A stretch of 64,000 nt of DNA from Raillietiella orientalis (GCA_036172245.1 JAYWIR010000037.1:372001-436000), one strand, 5' to 3'. Positions 26,074 through 40,480 are shown, counted from the first letter of the stretch. The notes: generated by a model from the letters alone, not told the origin. Numbers and translations: made by a program.

Positions 26074-29000
26074 ATGTCTGCCAGATCTAAATCAAAGAAA
26101 GGAGAAATTAATTCCAAAGTTAATGCAAAGTTACAACAGAATGAAACCAGAAACCGTAAGTATGGCATTTATATGTAAGACATTGTTTATTTTGGCAATA
26201 GCTTACGTTCAAAACTTTTCATTTCAAGTTTCTCAAAATCTTCCTTGCGTCAGCAATAAGTAAAAAAAAAAAATGCAAAACTTTTACAGAATAAAATTTC
26301 TGTCCATGTTACTTGTTCCGTTATCCATTTTCACTGCCTCATAACGTCTTATGTATTTTACGTTTGCGTTCTTTGATTTTGAAGTTGAAGAATGTTGGAA
26401 TAGATCTCTTTATAATCACCCGTAAGGAGCATCAGTACTACCAGTATTGGTATTAGGACTTTAGGGAATTATTATTGTTGCTGCAATATACTTATGGCAA
26501 ACGCTGATATTTTTCTTGTTTGTTTTCATGTTTGTTAGCAAAATGTGTTGCAAAAAAAAAAGTGAAACAAATACAATAATTGCAGAAAGGACTTTGCCTC
26601 CGATTCCTTTGCAAGTTTCCGAACTTTCACCAAAATCAGCTACGAGCGAATCTCTTCGTGGTAAAACAGCAACCGAGGAATCGGACAGAAAAGATGTAGT
26701 AGTTACTGAACGTATTCCTGGAAAATATTCTAAAAGAACTGTAATCTGCAACTGGGACAAGTATCATTTGCCACCAAATGAGGAGAATGATGATGATGAC
26801 GTTACTGATAGAAGTCGAGGAGCTGATTTTAGCCAGTTGATCCATTCTACAGGTACATTTGCAATTTTCTTCCATGACGAGCATTTGTGCAGAAAATTGT
26901 TTGAAGTTTTTGTGAACTATTTGCATTATTTTTGTCCAGAATCAAAGTTTTAAAAATAAGCCGCCCTTCCAAAGCAATTTTTTTTAAAAAAAAAATCAAT
27001 GTTGTTACAGTCTTCGAATATACCCACTCATTTCTTATACTGTATTGTCTTGTGTATCGTGAGCTATTGTAGGGGATATTACCACTTTCACAGCAGTTTC
27101 CAAAACCATTGTTGATCCTCATAGTGACAGTTCTCGTCTGGACCTCACTCGTTTAAAAGAATTTTCGACCTATTGGTTGACCTTCCTATACAAGTAGTTC
27201 TGCAGTGCTGTAGTAAACGCGCATTTCAGCTAGCCAGAAATCGTGTACAGTGACTTCTATGTACACATCATAAATTACTGTTGTTCTTTTTTTGTTTTTG
27301 TTTTTTTCATTTCGTTTCATGCGAAGGAATTGCCATGCTGTACTATTTAACACCATTCCTTCGACTTCTGTGGTGCGTTTGCTTTGTGAAATCCGAGTTT
27401 TTCTTGGAGTGGTAAGAAAGTTCGTGTTATTTTTCTGGATCTGTTCGAGATTTGGAATAATTTTGGATGCTTTTGGAGATGATTTCTTCGGCTATACCCA
27501 TCAGCTACTACCGATGCCAACCACTAGCATTAGCGCTGAGATGTTGTTGGTCGAATGTGGATGCTTAAAGAATATGCGGTATTTTTACAGTGTTAAAGTA
27601 GGCATACCCATTCTTCGTAAGAATTCGGGGTATTCGTTCTTTTTATCTTAATCCTTTTCATCAGTTGTTTGCAACCTTCCTGCAAAAATTGAATTTCTTT
27701 GTAAGTCAGGCGCCAGATGATGTAGTGAACGTCTGGACCGACAACTTCTTTAGTAGATGACGGAGAGACTCTTGGAAGGGTTGCTCCATAGGATCGAAAA
27801 TCTGAAAATTGGGTGGAGCTGCGTTGAGAGAAATTTCGGCAGAGCTGTCAGTGGGTCCATTTGCAGGTCCTGAGAGTCTGTTGGTAAAGAAAACAACATT
27901 TGGCATTCTGAGCGAGCACTGCGTGCCTCTTTGGTAGACTTTCTGCATCTGGGAATAGGAGTGAGTCTATTCGCGTTTTTCAAATTGATGCGAGTAGCCG
28001 AAGCTTCAAAAACGAAGACCTCAGTTGAGGAAAAGCTGAAGACTTGTTGAAAACCAACTTGGTTTCGTAGGTTTGCAAAGCCCACGGAGGTACTTTAGGG
28101 AAAGTACATTATCATTCGCTGTAACTCTCTCCTTACGATGATGAGGTTGTGAGGTTGTTTTAGGAGTGTGTTGATGTCTGTCGAAAAACTAGCCATGCAA
28201 ACTTGTCTGTGTTGCTTATATTCACTGGCGTTCGTTACTCGTTTCAACGAATACCTTCGCAGAATTGATTCAGAGTGTGAGCACATTCCCTGATATAGGT
28301 TCGATGCATGTTTGGAATGGATCAGGGTCAAGTTTGACGAGTTTTTCAGAGCTTTCGTCACAGAAGGTCGAAGCTAACATGTGGTCATTCCGTCAGTAGG
28401 GTGCTCTCACATGGTTCACAAGTTGTTACAGATTGTTCCAAAAACACGAGTGCTCCTGAGGGACGTAAGACCCTTTCGCTAACGCCTTTTCCGCGTAGTG
28501 CCGTGCAGACTTTGTAGGCGTTTGACTTTTTGGATGTTTCGGACACGCTGGACGGTTCAGTGCGGCACGATGTCCAGCAAGGACTTCAGTTTTGTGCATT
28601 TTCGACGAAATGCGTGCACGTTTTGATCACGGGTTCCAGCGTCACATCAACTGTGCCCATTTCATTCAGATGGAATCAGTTAGGTGTTTGAAAGTTCGTC
28701 TCCTTCAGTTCAAGCCGTTAGTCGTCGGATCGAACGAATCGAAAGCATTCTCGTTATTCTTCGGTGCACTTCGACGTCATTCCGTGTGTTTGGAATTTTC
28801 TGCAACCTTTCGCGACCGGTTTTTCAAAATCCAGGTGCATGAATATGATTTCTCAAAATGTTCCTCCCTGTCTTTTTCTGTGTATTCTTTGCATCTGTTT
28901 TCATATGCACGAAACAGTGTTATTTGAAGGTCGATGCGTGTGCGTAGGTACGTACGGGAACTTGTTCCAGTTCAGCCAAGAGAAAGATTGGGAGAAGATT

Positions 29001-29537
29001 GATTTCCAGGAAACGTTTGATCTCGTACGCCTGGATCTTCAAGAGTTGTCACTCGCTGTACGTTGTGTCCCCGTTCCGGACAGGCTCATGCTAGATAAGG
29101 AGCTTTTCAAGGTAAGCGTCCCCTTCTATAGGTGTGCGCATGTGTGCGGTTTCAAGACCCTTGTGTCAGCCAAATGTGTCTTTCAGGCAGAAGAACTTGA
29201 TGAATTTCAAAGAGTAGCCGAACAGAATCTCAAACATTACTACACGTTATTCGATTTAGCTAAAAGCTTGCCGGAAGTAGAAATCACCAGCGTTCGTGCT
29301 ATCGGCGTGTCTTCACACGAGGGGAATGTGTCTTCGTCGGCTACGGAGACAACCACGAGCGCTGATAGAAGAAGTCTGTGCCTTGACAAAGAGAGAACTG
29401 AGAAAGAACTTGACGTCTTGAGGGCAATCGAGAGTGCGATGGTCAAGGATGATTCTGCTTCAACTCCTGATGTTTTTGGAAGCCATAAAGATGATAGTGA
29501 CTTGGAAAACGATTTCGAAGAACTGCTTAAACTTTGA
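26074..29537 (+). CDS. AVEN: Cell death regulator Aven-like protein, ~287 aa
   Basis: Exons 26074-26155, 26586-26852, 28948-29111, 29187-29537 are phase-consistent. Conserved Aven-type blocks KYSKRTVICNWDKY, RGADFSQLIHS, FQFSQEKDWE, LDLQELSLAVRCVPVPDRL and C-terminal DLENDFEELL. The first exon is inferred from phase. Confidence 0.82.
27650..28600 (-). mobile_element. Decayed pogo/Tigger-like (DDE_1) transposase remnant in AVEN intron 2
   Basis: PVNISNTDK (NIYNxDETG-like) followed by APPNFQIFDPMEQPFQESLR (LPPNxTHxLQPLDxxxFxPLK-like), with many stops. Confidence 0.4.
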
Positions 29538-30339
29538 ATTTCAAAGATGCATAACCAGATGGCTCTTCATGATGGCTGTGGGAGTCCACGTGTTCATAGG
29601 AAAAAATAAACAGAAAAAGGAAAGCATCTCATCCCATTATAGGAAAACGATGTAATGGAAGGAAATTCTCCAAGCGTTTCGATATTTGCGAGAAAAAAAT
29701 TGTCCCTCGTCAAAAGTTATGACGTCTTTTAAAAGAAAAACTTGGAATTTTTTCTTATCCGAGCTGGCGTTATGGACTTTATGAAGAGCCGCTAGAATGA
29801 CGGTACCGAGCGATGGGTCTCACGACTGCAACTTTGAGAATTCATCTACGCGTGCCGTGCCTTGCACGAGCAGTGCACTCCACTTTCATGTTTTCTTCGC
29901 TTTGGCTCTCTCCTCTTATTCGGTCACTGAAAAATTTCATGAAAAGTTTTCGAGTTCCGACTGCTTCCCTCGCATGGGAAAGTAAAACAACAACAAAAAA
30001 AAATCGTCCAACTCTCGGCCAGTACTGTGATGGTGTCGGGAAAGCGGCAAATGATCCGTTATGGCGCCCTTTTTCTTTATTGGTTTGCCTTCAAAAGTAG
30101 CTTAACACCTCTTTTCTTCTTCAGAAAGGTGGTCTTGCGATTTGTCCAGAACACAACCTCCAGTTCGATTTCCTGCTTCTTCTTGGTACTGCTTCCGGTT
30201 GAATAACCTCTGTGCTCGAAATGGTGGAATGGCACCACTTGTCGTTGTGCAGTTTTAGTGCTTTTAGCATCCATAATGCAAACAGCGAGAACGAGGGTTC
30301 AGCTCATAAGAATCAAGGAAACCAAGTGAATTGCAGATG

Positions 30340-31050
30340 TTATAGGTGCTTGGTGTTGCGACCACAAAGCAACAAGCAGGTGCACATGAGTAAAATAAAG
30401 TGCCCCGAATCCAGTTTTAGTTGTTCTTTCCTCTTTTTGTTTCCCGCGAACTGTTTTCGTGTAGAGTTGGTCAGAAGCGGAAGGCGCTTTCTGTCTTTGA
30501 TTTTCGAGCAAAACCTATTAACGGAACGTGGGGCGATAGAAGCTATGGAAGCAAGACTGTCAGTTTGAAAGAAAGGCAGCACATCCACGAAAAAATGCTT
30601 TGTTTACTGCATCTAAGGCTGTAACGAGCTCGCCAGGATGATGGAGGGGATAAATCGCCACGTGGTGAGACTCGCTGAACATGTTTTGATTGACGCGTGT
30701 AAAACCAAGCGTAGGTGCAAGTTGCATCATGTCACTTTGGAAAGCGCCGGAGGCCAGAAAAGGTGTCTGTGGGTTCGTTATGGGTACGGCATGCGTGCTG
30801 ATGTATGTTTGCATTTATCGATATGCGCCCATCAAATCGCTCACACCTTTCGCGATGCATGGTAGGGTTCAGGACATCTGCAAAGTACATCAAGATACTT
30901 GTAGTCAAAGGTCAGGCCTTGACTTTCAGATTATTTTACTTCCTAAACGTCTTATACCAAAAGGAATTCACACAAATCAAAAACTGCATTCGAGTCACAT
31001 GCTGCAAATGTTACATAGTCCCTGGTGAATCTGTGCAATGCCTGGAATCA
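30340..31050 (-). mobile_element. Second decayed pogo/Tigger-like transposase remnant
   Basis: Ordered FLICVNS, FLASGAFQSD and HHVAIYPLHHPGELVTALDAVNKAFF, resembling CxNAxG, LxxDGHxSH and LPPHTSHxLQPLDxxxF. Confidence 0.38.
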
Positions 31051-32071
31051 CCATCGATATTCAAAGGAGGCTGGTTTTGGTATTCAGAACTGCGTCAGCA
31101 GTAGTATCTTGGTAATATGCAATCAAATTAATGACTGCTGTACGAAAAAACATTTGTAATTAAGTAACTGTATGTAGCATGCCATCATTACCATCAAAGA
31201 GATGGCAACTGTCTTCCTTGCTCTCATCCTCCTATCAATAAGTTCTCTAAAATACATACCGCAAAGAAGTTCCTAAAACCTGTTTATTCCCGTAACATTA
31301 TGTCATGTCTCACGTGTCTCAAAACAAGCAAACTTTAAGGATGCAAAGTTCCAAAGTCATTTCATAGATACACATACCTGCACCTTAAACTTTTAAGAAA
31401 GAATTATTAAATAAGCAGTATGAAGTGCAACTATCTATGTGTGCATCTTAGAAAGGCTTTCCATCTTTTGTTTTCACTGAAAGAAAGTGCAATGAATCAA
31501 CTTGATTTTATGAACACAACAAAGCATGTTCATGTGCAAAGTCCAATCCTTAGCCTAAGTTCAAAGTAAGCTTATCAGATGTGATGTGCCAGAACAGTGG
31601 AATGAGTTTTGACAGTTTAGTACAACAGACTGGAAGAACACACATTGTAGCTGTTAAATTTGTTTGAAATTTAGCATTTCGTTTGGTATTTTAATTACGC
31701 CATATTATTTAAAGCCAAAGAGAAATGCCTGTGTCAGGTGCTGGTCAAAGTTGTGTAAGGTAAAGGGATAAACATGTAAGTGCTGTATTGGTATTTGCAT
31801 TACAAATCTAAAAGACATTCTTTAGGTCTATGAGGCATCACTTTCTCCCCATCTTTTTTGGCATTCTTAACATGACATCCTATAACAGTTAAATTTACAT
31901 AACAAAAACTATTATATTTAGCAAAACAAAGAACAAAGGGGTTTTGTTGTGTATGTATCCAGTAACTCGGACATTCTTACTGCATGATTGAGGAATGATG
32001 TTTCATTTTTCTACTTATGAACATAAAGTCATTTCAACATACTCTAAAGACTCTTAAATGATCATCCATGC

Positions 32072-34105
32072 TCACTTCATCGTAGGCATAGCAGTTGCTG
32101 ACTTTGATACTGTAATGCTGTCTTGACGCCACAAAGAGGTTACAGTTTTCAGTTGGGTAAAAAAATTGATTCCCTAAACCCAATGATTAAGATCAACTGT
32201 AGTAAGCTACTTACTCCTTTCCCATAAAAATTGAGGTCTCCATAAAATGAACGTCTTGATCCAGTAAAAGAGAACATGGGTAAAGGCACTGGGATTGGGA
32301 CATTGACTCCAACCTAACAAAAGTTAGTTCTGTTAGCTGAGTTCTGAATCAGGCTTGCTTACTTGTCCAACATCTACTCCATGTATGAATTTGTGTGCTG
32401 CCACTCCACTGTTTGTAAAAATGGCTGTCCCATTTCCATAAGGATTATTATTTATCATCTCAATTGCATCATCTAAGGTTTCTGCAGTTAAAAGGAGAAG
32501 CACAGGTCCAAAGATTTCTGTCTTATAGCACTCCATGTTTGTCTGAATTATCTACTGGAACACCATGAAGAATGAATAAACTAACCTTGACATCTGTAAG
32601 GATTGTCGGTCCAACAAAATATCCTTCCTCATAACCAGGAACCTGTACATTCCGGCCATCTAATAAGCACTGAGCTCCCTGTTGCACAGCTGATTCAATG
32701 AGACTGCATACTTTTTTCTTAGCCTCAGCACTGATTAATGGTCCCAAGTCAGCTTGTTCATCACAACCTACATACCCATTCACTAGAAGATACAAGTACA
32801 TCTTCTTCATACCTGGTCTCACTTTTAGTGATTTTGCCTTATCTACCAATTCAGGAATCCAGGCTTGGCTGTCACCCACAAATATGGCTGTGGACAAAGC
32901 CATGCATCTTTGACCAGCTGCCCCAAATCCAGCTCCGACCAGCTGGCTCAGTGTTTGTTCCCGGTTGGCATCGGGCAAGATAACACCATGGTTCTTGGCA
33001 CCCATATTGCATTGAACTCGTTTGCCACTACGGCATGCTCGATCATAGATGTAGGCTCCCTTGAAGCACAAATTCCTCCATGTGAAATTACAAATCCGCG
33101 GAAAAAAAAAAAAAAAGCATCTTACTGCTGAATCAGAACCAACAAAAGACACAGCTTCTATATCAGGATGATCACACAAGAATGTCACAGCTTCCTGCTG
33201 CCCATGGATCACATTCACTACACCATCTGGACACCCAGCATCTTGAAACAATTTGATCAGTAACATGGTTGCACCAGGATCCCTCTCAGATGGCTTCAAA
33301 ACAAATGTATTTCCACATACAGTAGCCACTGGAAACATCTAAACTGATAAATGAGCTAGCCTGTTATTTTCTAAGATACCCAAAGAGGAATCATGGCAGG
33401 GAAGTTGAAAGGTGTGATTCCAGCACACACACCTAAGGGTACCCTGTAACTAACAATGTCCATATCCTTACTGATACCAGATAAACTTTCTCCCAGTTGC
33501 AAAGATGTAACGCTACAGCAATGCTCAACGACCTCTGTCACACATAAATCGGAAATAATTTCTAAACACATTAACAATATTTACGTAATCCCCTATGAAC
33601 ATCTCCTTCTGCATCCATCAATGTTTTTCCTTGTTCTAACGTTATCAGTTCTGCAATTTCTTCCTGCAGGATAAAGATATTCTCAGATAGGCATATCAAC
33701 TTCATGATCAAATGAACATCTAAAACCTTTGATCATACCATGTGTTGTTTTATGAGTTGTTGGTACTTGAAGAGAATCTGTTGCCTCGTGAGAATCGAAG
33801 TTTTTGACCATAATGGAAATGCTTGCTTTGCAGCAGCAACCGCCAATTTCATTTCATCCGGCGTGGAATTTGGCACCCTGCTGATAATCTATGTGACCCA
33901 GTTAGTATTCATTGCAAGTTTACTGAAATGAATCTCAACGTACTTCATTTGTTGCCGGGTTACGTAAATGAATCCAGTTTCCCGTTTTTGATTCCAGAAA
34001 TTCTCCATTTATGAATAATTTTGTATCAGGGATATTTTTCGTTGTGTAATGCTTAAATAAAGTACCAGTTCGAAATAGCAGGCTCTTCTCAATGCCACGA
34101 AACAT
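32072..34105 (-). CDS. ALDH6A1: Methylmalonate-semialdehyde dehydrogenase (acylating), mitochondrial, 522 aa
   Basis: Ten exons 34105-33944, 33888-33739, 33663-33585, 33534-33380, 33338-33126, 33059-32813, 32767-32586, 32542-32363, 32313-32215, 32173-32072 (1569 nt). Motifs [48 protein letters not shown] (catalytic Cys), [19 protein letters not shown], plus a basic transit-like N-terminus. Confidence 0.98.
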
Positions 34106-37100
34106 TGCGTGTTCTGAAACTGTGCATAACACTCTCCCCTTTCACGTGTACTTGCCAAGGTGCTCCAGTCAAAGAATGCTACCACGGGAAAAACTCGGCT
34201 GCAATCAAGTTCTCTAATCTTTCGATAACCTCCGGATGCAATCGCTATGATACGAGATTCATTAACACCATTATGCAGCGTTGGATACTCGTGTTCGAAA
34301 ACGAAAAGGTGCAAACTGTGGTCATTGACTACCCATTGACCACCAAGAGAAAGTGGGTCTTAAGAGACTTCCAGTAGGCTTTCTGCGAGGTTTACCAAAC
34401 ACAAAATTTCCGACACGTCGGACGGGGACGAATGTGAAAATTTCCAAACTTTTCGAAACTATTAAATTCTATTTTCCTCGGGAAACGCAAGAAAGCGTTC
34501 AACGAATTTCAAAATTTGCGAATCCATGGGTTTGACTGCGTTGAGTTCCTTACGGAGAAGACACCATGGGTATCACACGAAAAGGAGCTTTAAAGCAGCT
34601 GTTTTGTTGAAGCATTTACAAAATCGTGATTTACAAAGCTTCAAAGGAGTATCGATTTGCAACCTTCCTCAAATATCTGAAGCCTTTCCGAGGAACGGAC
34701 GAAGTGGAGAAGCACGTAAGGCATAGTCATCTGTATCTGAAATGACTTCTTCTTCGTAGCTAAGTAGCCAGGAGAATGTATCTGTTCTGAGTCAAGATAG
34801 GTCCATGTGGTGAAAGGACGGAGGAGGCTCCATGCTTTGAGAGTCTGATCTTCTCTACGTTTTCCGTGTTATTATCGAGAAATACATGTCCACTTACGAA
34901 TGCAAATTATCATTCGGCATACATTGTAAATCTAGTATCTTTGTTCACGTAATCGCGTACCATCTGTAATAAAGAGATTTTCTCAGTCTCTTAAAATAAA
35001 TGAACAGAACACGGAACAGACGTTTAGCAACTCTAATAGATGTCCGCACGCTGTCCGAAATCATCCTGAAAACGCCAAAAATGCCTACAGAATGACTGCT
35101 AGCACGAGGCATTTTCCGCGCAGAAAAAAGAAACAAGGAATCATTTGAACTGGCTTTCAGAAATTCGAACCCTCTGAGAAAAATTTTAAAGAGAAATATC
35201 TGCGATTGGTTTCCTGTGCTCTCCAAAAGCATTTTGAGCAGAAGCGAACATCAAGCGATTTCTTATTTTTTTTTTTACAACACGGAACATGACTTGGAGA
35301 ACGTTGGCATCAAAACCAAGGCGACGAAGATGTGATCCAAAGTGCTCCATGCCCATCTTTCCATATTCTGAAAAAACGAAATGCTGAATTAACTATTTCT
35401 CCCGAGTTTTTGGACACATCTGTAGTTGCTACATATCATCTGTATGCTGGACAACCAAGCAAAGCGACCCCCCCCCCATCTCCCCAACCCTTCTACTAAT
35501 TTGCAGTTTTGCTTTCAGAGCTCATAATTCCCGCTGTCACCCCTTTCCTCATGAGGACTTGTAGTGAAATTGCTGCACGTAATAGATAGCGCTGTTATCT
35601 CAAAGGTGCAATGCTTTGGATTTCCTGAGCAAGCAATTAAGCAGGCGGAATACCTTTCGAGAGAAAAACTATCAGACCGGTATCCAGATCACAAGCATTC
35701 AGCTTTCTGTTTTCATCAGATGTTCATGCTTTCCAGATTTTTTGATAATACGAAAAGTACTGGCATTCATCTGTGTAGCAATGGAAGGTGTTCCATAAAA
35801 ATCAAAATACACTTTATTCAAGCATATAAATATTTGCTTGTGTAGTAATCTCCTAGATCGTATCGGAAATTGAACCAAGGAGACTATATTCCAGTTGCCG
35901 GATAAGTAATTTGGATTCTGGAAGAAATCAAAGTTATCACTTAAAGGGGTTTCTAGTTACCTGAAAAAACATTCCCAATTTTCGATTTTATACGCGTAAG
36001 TGGAAAACTCAATACAAGACTTTCTCAAAGAATGTAGAGTCTTATGAGAATAGAAACAGAAAAGGTGCGCCACATGACACGCTTCCAATTTTACCACAGA
36101 CACGCAAGTAAATCGAATGCATATCATGAAAGGTAATCTGCACATAGCATTCACAAATTGATCTTTTTACAATTATACTTACGATTAAAGGGGGCAGCCT
36201 GATGTTTGCATGTTCTCACATGTCTTCATTTTCTCTTCAAGATGGAAGACAGCAAATTACTGTAGACCCCCTTTTTTCTCTCTCTCTCTCAAACCTTAGG
36301 CTTTCGAGAAGCAGAGCAAAATTCCGAGAAAACAAAATTATGAACCATCTTTTCATCTATCTAAAAGATCATTCTACTTAGTCATGAGGTGTTTCGAAAT
36401 GCCATTTTCTGCATCTGAATACTGTACACTATTTGAATTTCAGGGGTTTGGTATTTGGAGGGTAATCGACATCCAAGCAGCTAAAGGACTTCAATTAATA
36501 AGCGCTTACTTTTATTGACTTTTCAGCAGTGCTTGTATTCCTATGTTGTTGCAATCTTTACCATCACTGCAGGTTTGTTTTCAAAACAAAGGCCGCAGTG
36601 CTTTGTCATATTTCTTATAGCTACATCCCAAGTTGTGCTTCTTCTGTCCAGAGCCCAAGAGACAGGAATGCATCAAAAGAAGCTGTCAACGATAAAATTG
36701 TCGTGGGAATGGTTTGGTTGCTTTGGCGACATTACTTAGCAACGGTAAGTAAGTAATTAATACGGATATTGCTCTCATCTCTTAATGCCCTTCGTAGACA
36801 GCTCACATTCTCATCACATTTTCCTCGTCTCTTTTTCACTAGGACATCTGCCGCTGCGTTCTCTCCTTGGAGTCATGAATCGAATTCCTTCGCTGGACCA
36901 AAGCTGGTGCGCGGGCGGAATGGCATTTGATAAATGTTGAGGTGACGCGATCGTTGTCAACAACAAGCACCTCGCCAGTGCAATTAGGAAGGCAATTTTC
37001 GGAGGATGCTTTGTCCTACTTGCTTGTGGAAAGTGACCCCCAGTGATGTCGGAATCTCCGCCAGAGCAATGAAGCTTTGTGTAGATCCTAGCAACCGGGT

Positions 37101-40100
37101 GCTTTCATTCAAAGGAGCCATATGCCCGATGGCGTGCTACGAGACGGACTTCCAGACTGACCGCAATCGAAAGGCAATTCGCTTTCCGGAAGCAGCACGC
37201 GAACGCCGAAGGTCGAATGGAAGGCAATTCCTCCAGTTTCCGTAGAACCCCCATGGTCGCCTGGAGGAATGGAGAGGTTCAGGCTTCCCCCCCCCCCCCC
37301 GTAGCGCTGAGACACTTGCTTTTTCGATTCTCGCGTTCCACTCCGCTGGTCCCGTTGTTGGGTGGGGAATGTTGGCCGTGGCCTTCCTTCCTCCTGCAGT
37401 GTAGGTCAGCAATTCCCTTGTTCCTTCTAGAAGTGCATCTTGGGACTTTACCGTCGTCATTTTGCCCCGCGTCGCTAGCATAGCAGCAAATAGAACAAGG
37501 TGAAGATATAATGATAAAAAAAAAAAAAACCTTCAGCCTCCGAGGAGCTGGCTGGAGCTCTGCGACCAGAAAAAAGAGAAAGCCTCAAAGAAATTCTTTT
37601 TGCCCCAGGGAGTTTCCTGTGGCTGGCTGGAGCATCATCCCGCGCACTTCTGCTCAGGATGACCTCAAGGCTCTGCTGTCGATGCATACGAATACCAACG
37701 TCCTTCTTCAGGTGGGGGACTCGGTGCGCTCGCGTCCCCCCTAGGGTCATAGGTGCGTAGAGAGGTCATCTGAGCTCAGCCGGGCTCCGGAGCATTCCCG
37801 TATCTTTTCCCTCTCACCCCTTCTTTGGTCCGCTTCATCCCTGGTTCGCACGCGGGAGGTGCAGGCACGTGAGCTTCCGGAGGCTATCAGGAAAGACCCA
37901 GTGTGCCGGCACCCCCCCGTCTCCGGCGAGCCACGCAACCTTCTTGCGTGTGTTATCCCCTCGGCACCACTTCTCTTCCGCTCTTCATTGACTCTGCGGC
38001 CAGCTGCCACGTGAACAAGGATTCTCCCTCTCTCTTCGGCGCTCATCCCGCATCCTTCCACTCACCCCCCAAATCCCCTGAATGCTGCGCGAGTCCGTTC
38101 CGTCGCCGGGAGACGGGCAGGTGTTTCCACCTGGGGGAGGGAGATCCTGAATGCAACTATGTAAGTGAGTGTGTGCGCCGTCGCTTCCCCCTCCCTCTGA
38201 TGCATGCCCTGTTGCCCAGGAAAAAGGGGCAGTGGCAGGTCACCCTCCTCGGGTCGCATCCCAGCAAGCAGATGGAGACACGGGCTGGAGGGGGAGGGAA
38301 AGGAGAGGACGGCGTAGGGAAAGGAGGGCGGTGCTTCCTGCGGAAAGCTGCAAGGGGGTGGTGGGGTGAAGTGGTCCTGCACAGTCTGCCGGCAGAGTCC
38401 GCGACAGCCCCGGCTCGCTGTCGAGGAAGGGATTCCCTGCATCCAGGCGCAGGTCCGCGAAAGTCGCCGCTGGCACCACAGCAACCTCCCGTTTCCCTCT
38501 GCTCAACCCTTCGGTTCTTTCCGACAGTCTCCTTCGAGGGACGCCCTCGGGGAAAGAGAATTACCGTCTCGCTGCTCCCTGGAGTCGAGGTGATCTCTGG
38601 AGCATACCAGAAACGCTCCCTCGGCGGCGCGAGCTCCCCCTGCTGCTGGATGGGACCTCTCTTCTGGTTCCCTCGGGATGGTCCTGCGGGTCACCCATTA
38701 AACTTCCGGGATTTTCCCGGAGCCTCAGGGCAGCCTCCGTAATGTTCCCGGGGGCCCCTCGTCCGCCTCCCACCTCTCCCTCCGCACCTCCCCCGCGGCA
38801 GGGAGCGGATGAGTTCCCCGCTGCCCTTCCTTGCGGGTTTCCCCTTCTTCCGCATCCCGGACGGGCAAAGTAGGCTGGCGCAAAGGTGGCCTTAGAAAAA
38901 AAAAGCACCGGGGATGGAGGGAGAGCCTCGGTCGGGAGACTGGGATGCTACCTCGGAGCGCGTACTGAGAGGAGGAGGAGGAGGGGGGAGAGGGTGCCAG
39001 TTGGGCGCCTCCTCCTTAGACTTTGGAGGGGGGCGGTCCCGCCGGAGGTGGATCTCTTATCGCTCCCTCCCCATTCCCTACCGCGCGTGCTCCCAGGAGG
39101 AATCCTGGCCAGCCTCTCTCGCAGGATCTGTTTCCTGGAGTACTCTCGCGGTTTCCGTAAGAACGGTGATCCCTGGGAGACCCCCTATTTCGGCGATCCC
39201 CCCTCCTCCAGTTCCTTCCGGGAGGGGATTCCTCAGTGCTTCTCGCAAAAAGGGACCGGGAGGGGGAGAAGAAGAGGTTTCCGGCCACCTACGGCTGAGG
39301 GATAGGGGAAGACCCAGGCGTTTGGGATGGAGTGCGACCCCAGGGGTACAGGTACGAGGTTGCCGGGAAAGGCACCGGGCGGACGAACCTGTTTTCGGGA
39401 GGTGGAGAGGCGGGAGGGGTCTCCTCCCCCCCCCCTCCTTAGACCTCCGCGCTTGCCCTGCATCGTCTCACCTTTCTTGTGGGATGGAGAAGATGGCGAC
39501 GAACCTGAGCTGAGCCAGTTTTTTTTTCCCTTCCTGCCCCGCGGGAGCCTCGGGGGCCGGAAGGCGGCGCGTCACTGCTCGCCGTGCGTGCGCCGAGCCC
39601 CCTGCGGTCGCCGGCCGCGGCCACCGCAGTCAGCGACCGGGACGTGCCCCGGTTGCCAAGAGGAGGTTGCCCGTGGCAACGCGACGCTCGGACGAAATGC
39701 CAGCGCAGCCGCTGCTCTTTCCCCTCCTGCTCCCCAGGCCGTTCTTTCCGGAAGAGCAGGAGCGGCGAGGGACAGGAGGGCAGGGAGGGTGGTAGGGCTG
39801 CTGCCCCATAAGAAAGCGGGATTCGAGACGTGTCGGAGGAGGCGCAGCAGCCAGAGCGCGGGAATTCCTGGAGACGCGATCGAAGGGGGAGTGCGGAGGG
39901 GACCGGTTGGGATGGCGTGGGATTCGCACGAGTATGCGCGGAGACGGCCAGGGGAGATCCGGCGCGCGCAGCAGGAGAGGTGGGAAGGCACAGGGTTGGT
40001 CTCCAAGTCTACGGTGGTGAGGAGACGCGCTCGAGGCAGGACGGAAGCTTCCGTCGCTAGGTCGGCTCATTCTTGCCCCCCGAGAGCCGACGCGAGGCTC

Positions 40101-40480
40101 AGCGACAGTCTCGCTCCCGTACCCACGGAAACGAATTCCCGATGTCCTCTCTGCCACCTGGCAGGTATTTTAGGCGGCCGGACGTTCCCCTCCGGTGTCC
40201 TCAGAGGCACACCGGCCGGGGCAAGCGACAAAGGAGCAAGCGCGTGCACCCCCTCGCATCCCGGAATCATCCTTCCTGCCCCGCCTCTCCTCCTCCCAGC
40301 AAGGTCGCGACGCGTTCTCTCGTCCGCTGGCGACGACGAAGCGCGGACGTCCCGGCGACCCCGAGGGGCCGGCGCGCGGTGAAAGGAAAAAGGGGAATTC
40401 CGGGTTTCACCTTCGTGCTCGCTGTGGAGACAAGAGGGCAGGGGAGGGGGAGAGTGAGAAAAACGTGAGAGGAGGAAGGG

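Noticed and set aside
26141..26561. Alternative AVEN start MKPET spliced to the acceptor near 26538
   Set aside because: This gives a stop after an A10 run unless a homopolymer error is assumed; the 26074 ATG with a phase-1 splice to 26586 needs no such assumption.
37000..40480. Many long overlapping ORFs (e.g. 39327-40382, 351 aa; 37903-38742, 279 aa)
   Set aside because: Arg/Gly/Pro-rich translations open in several frames on both strands, as expected from high GC; no domain motifs or consistent splice chain.
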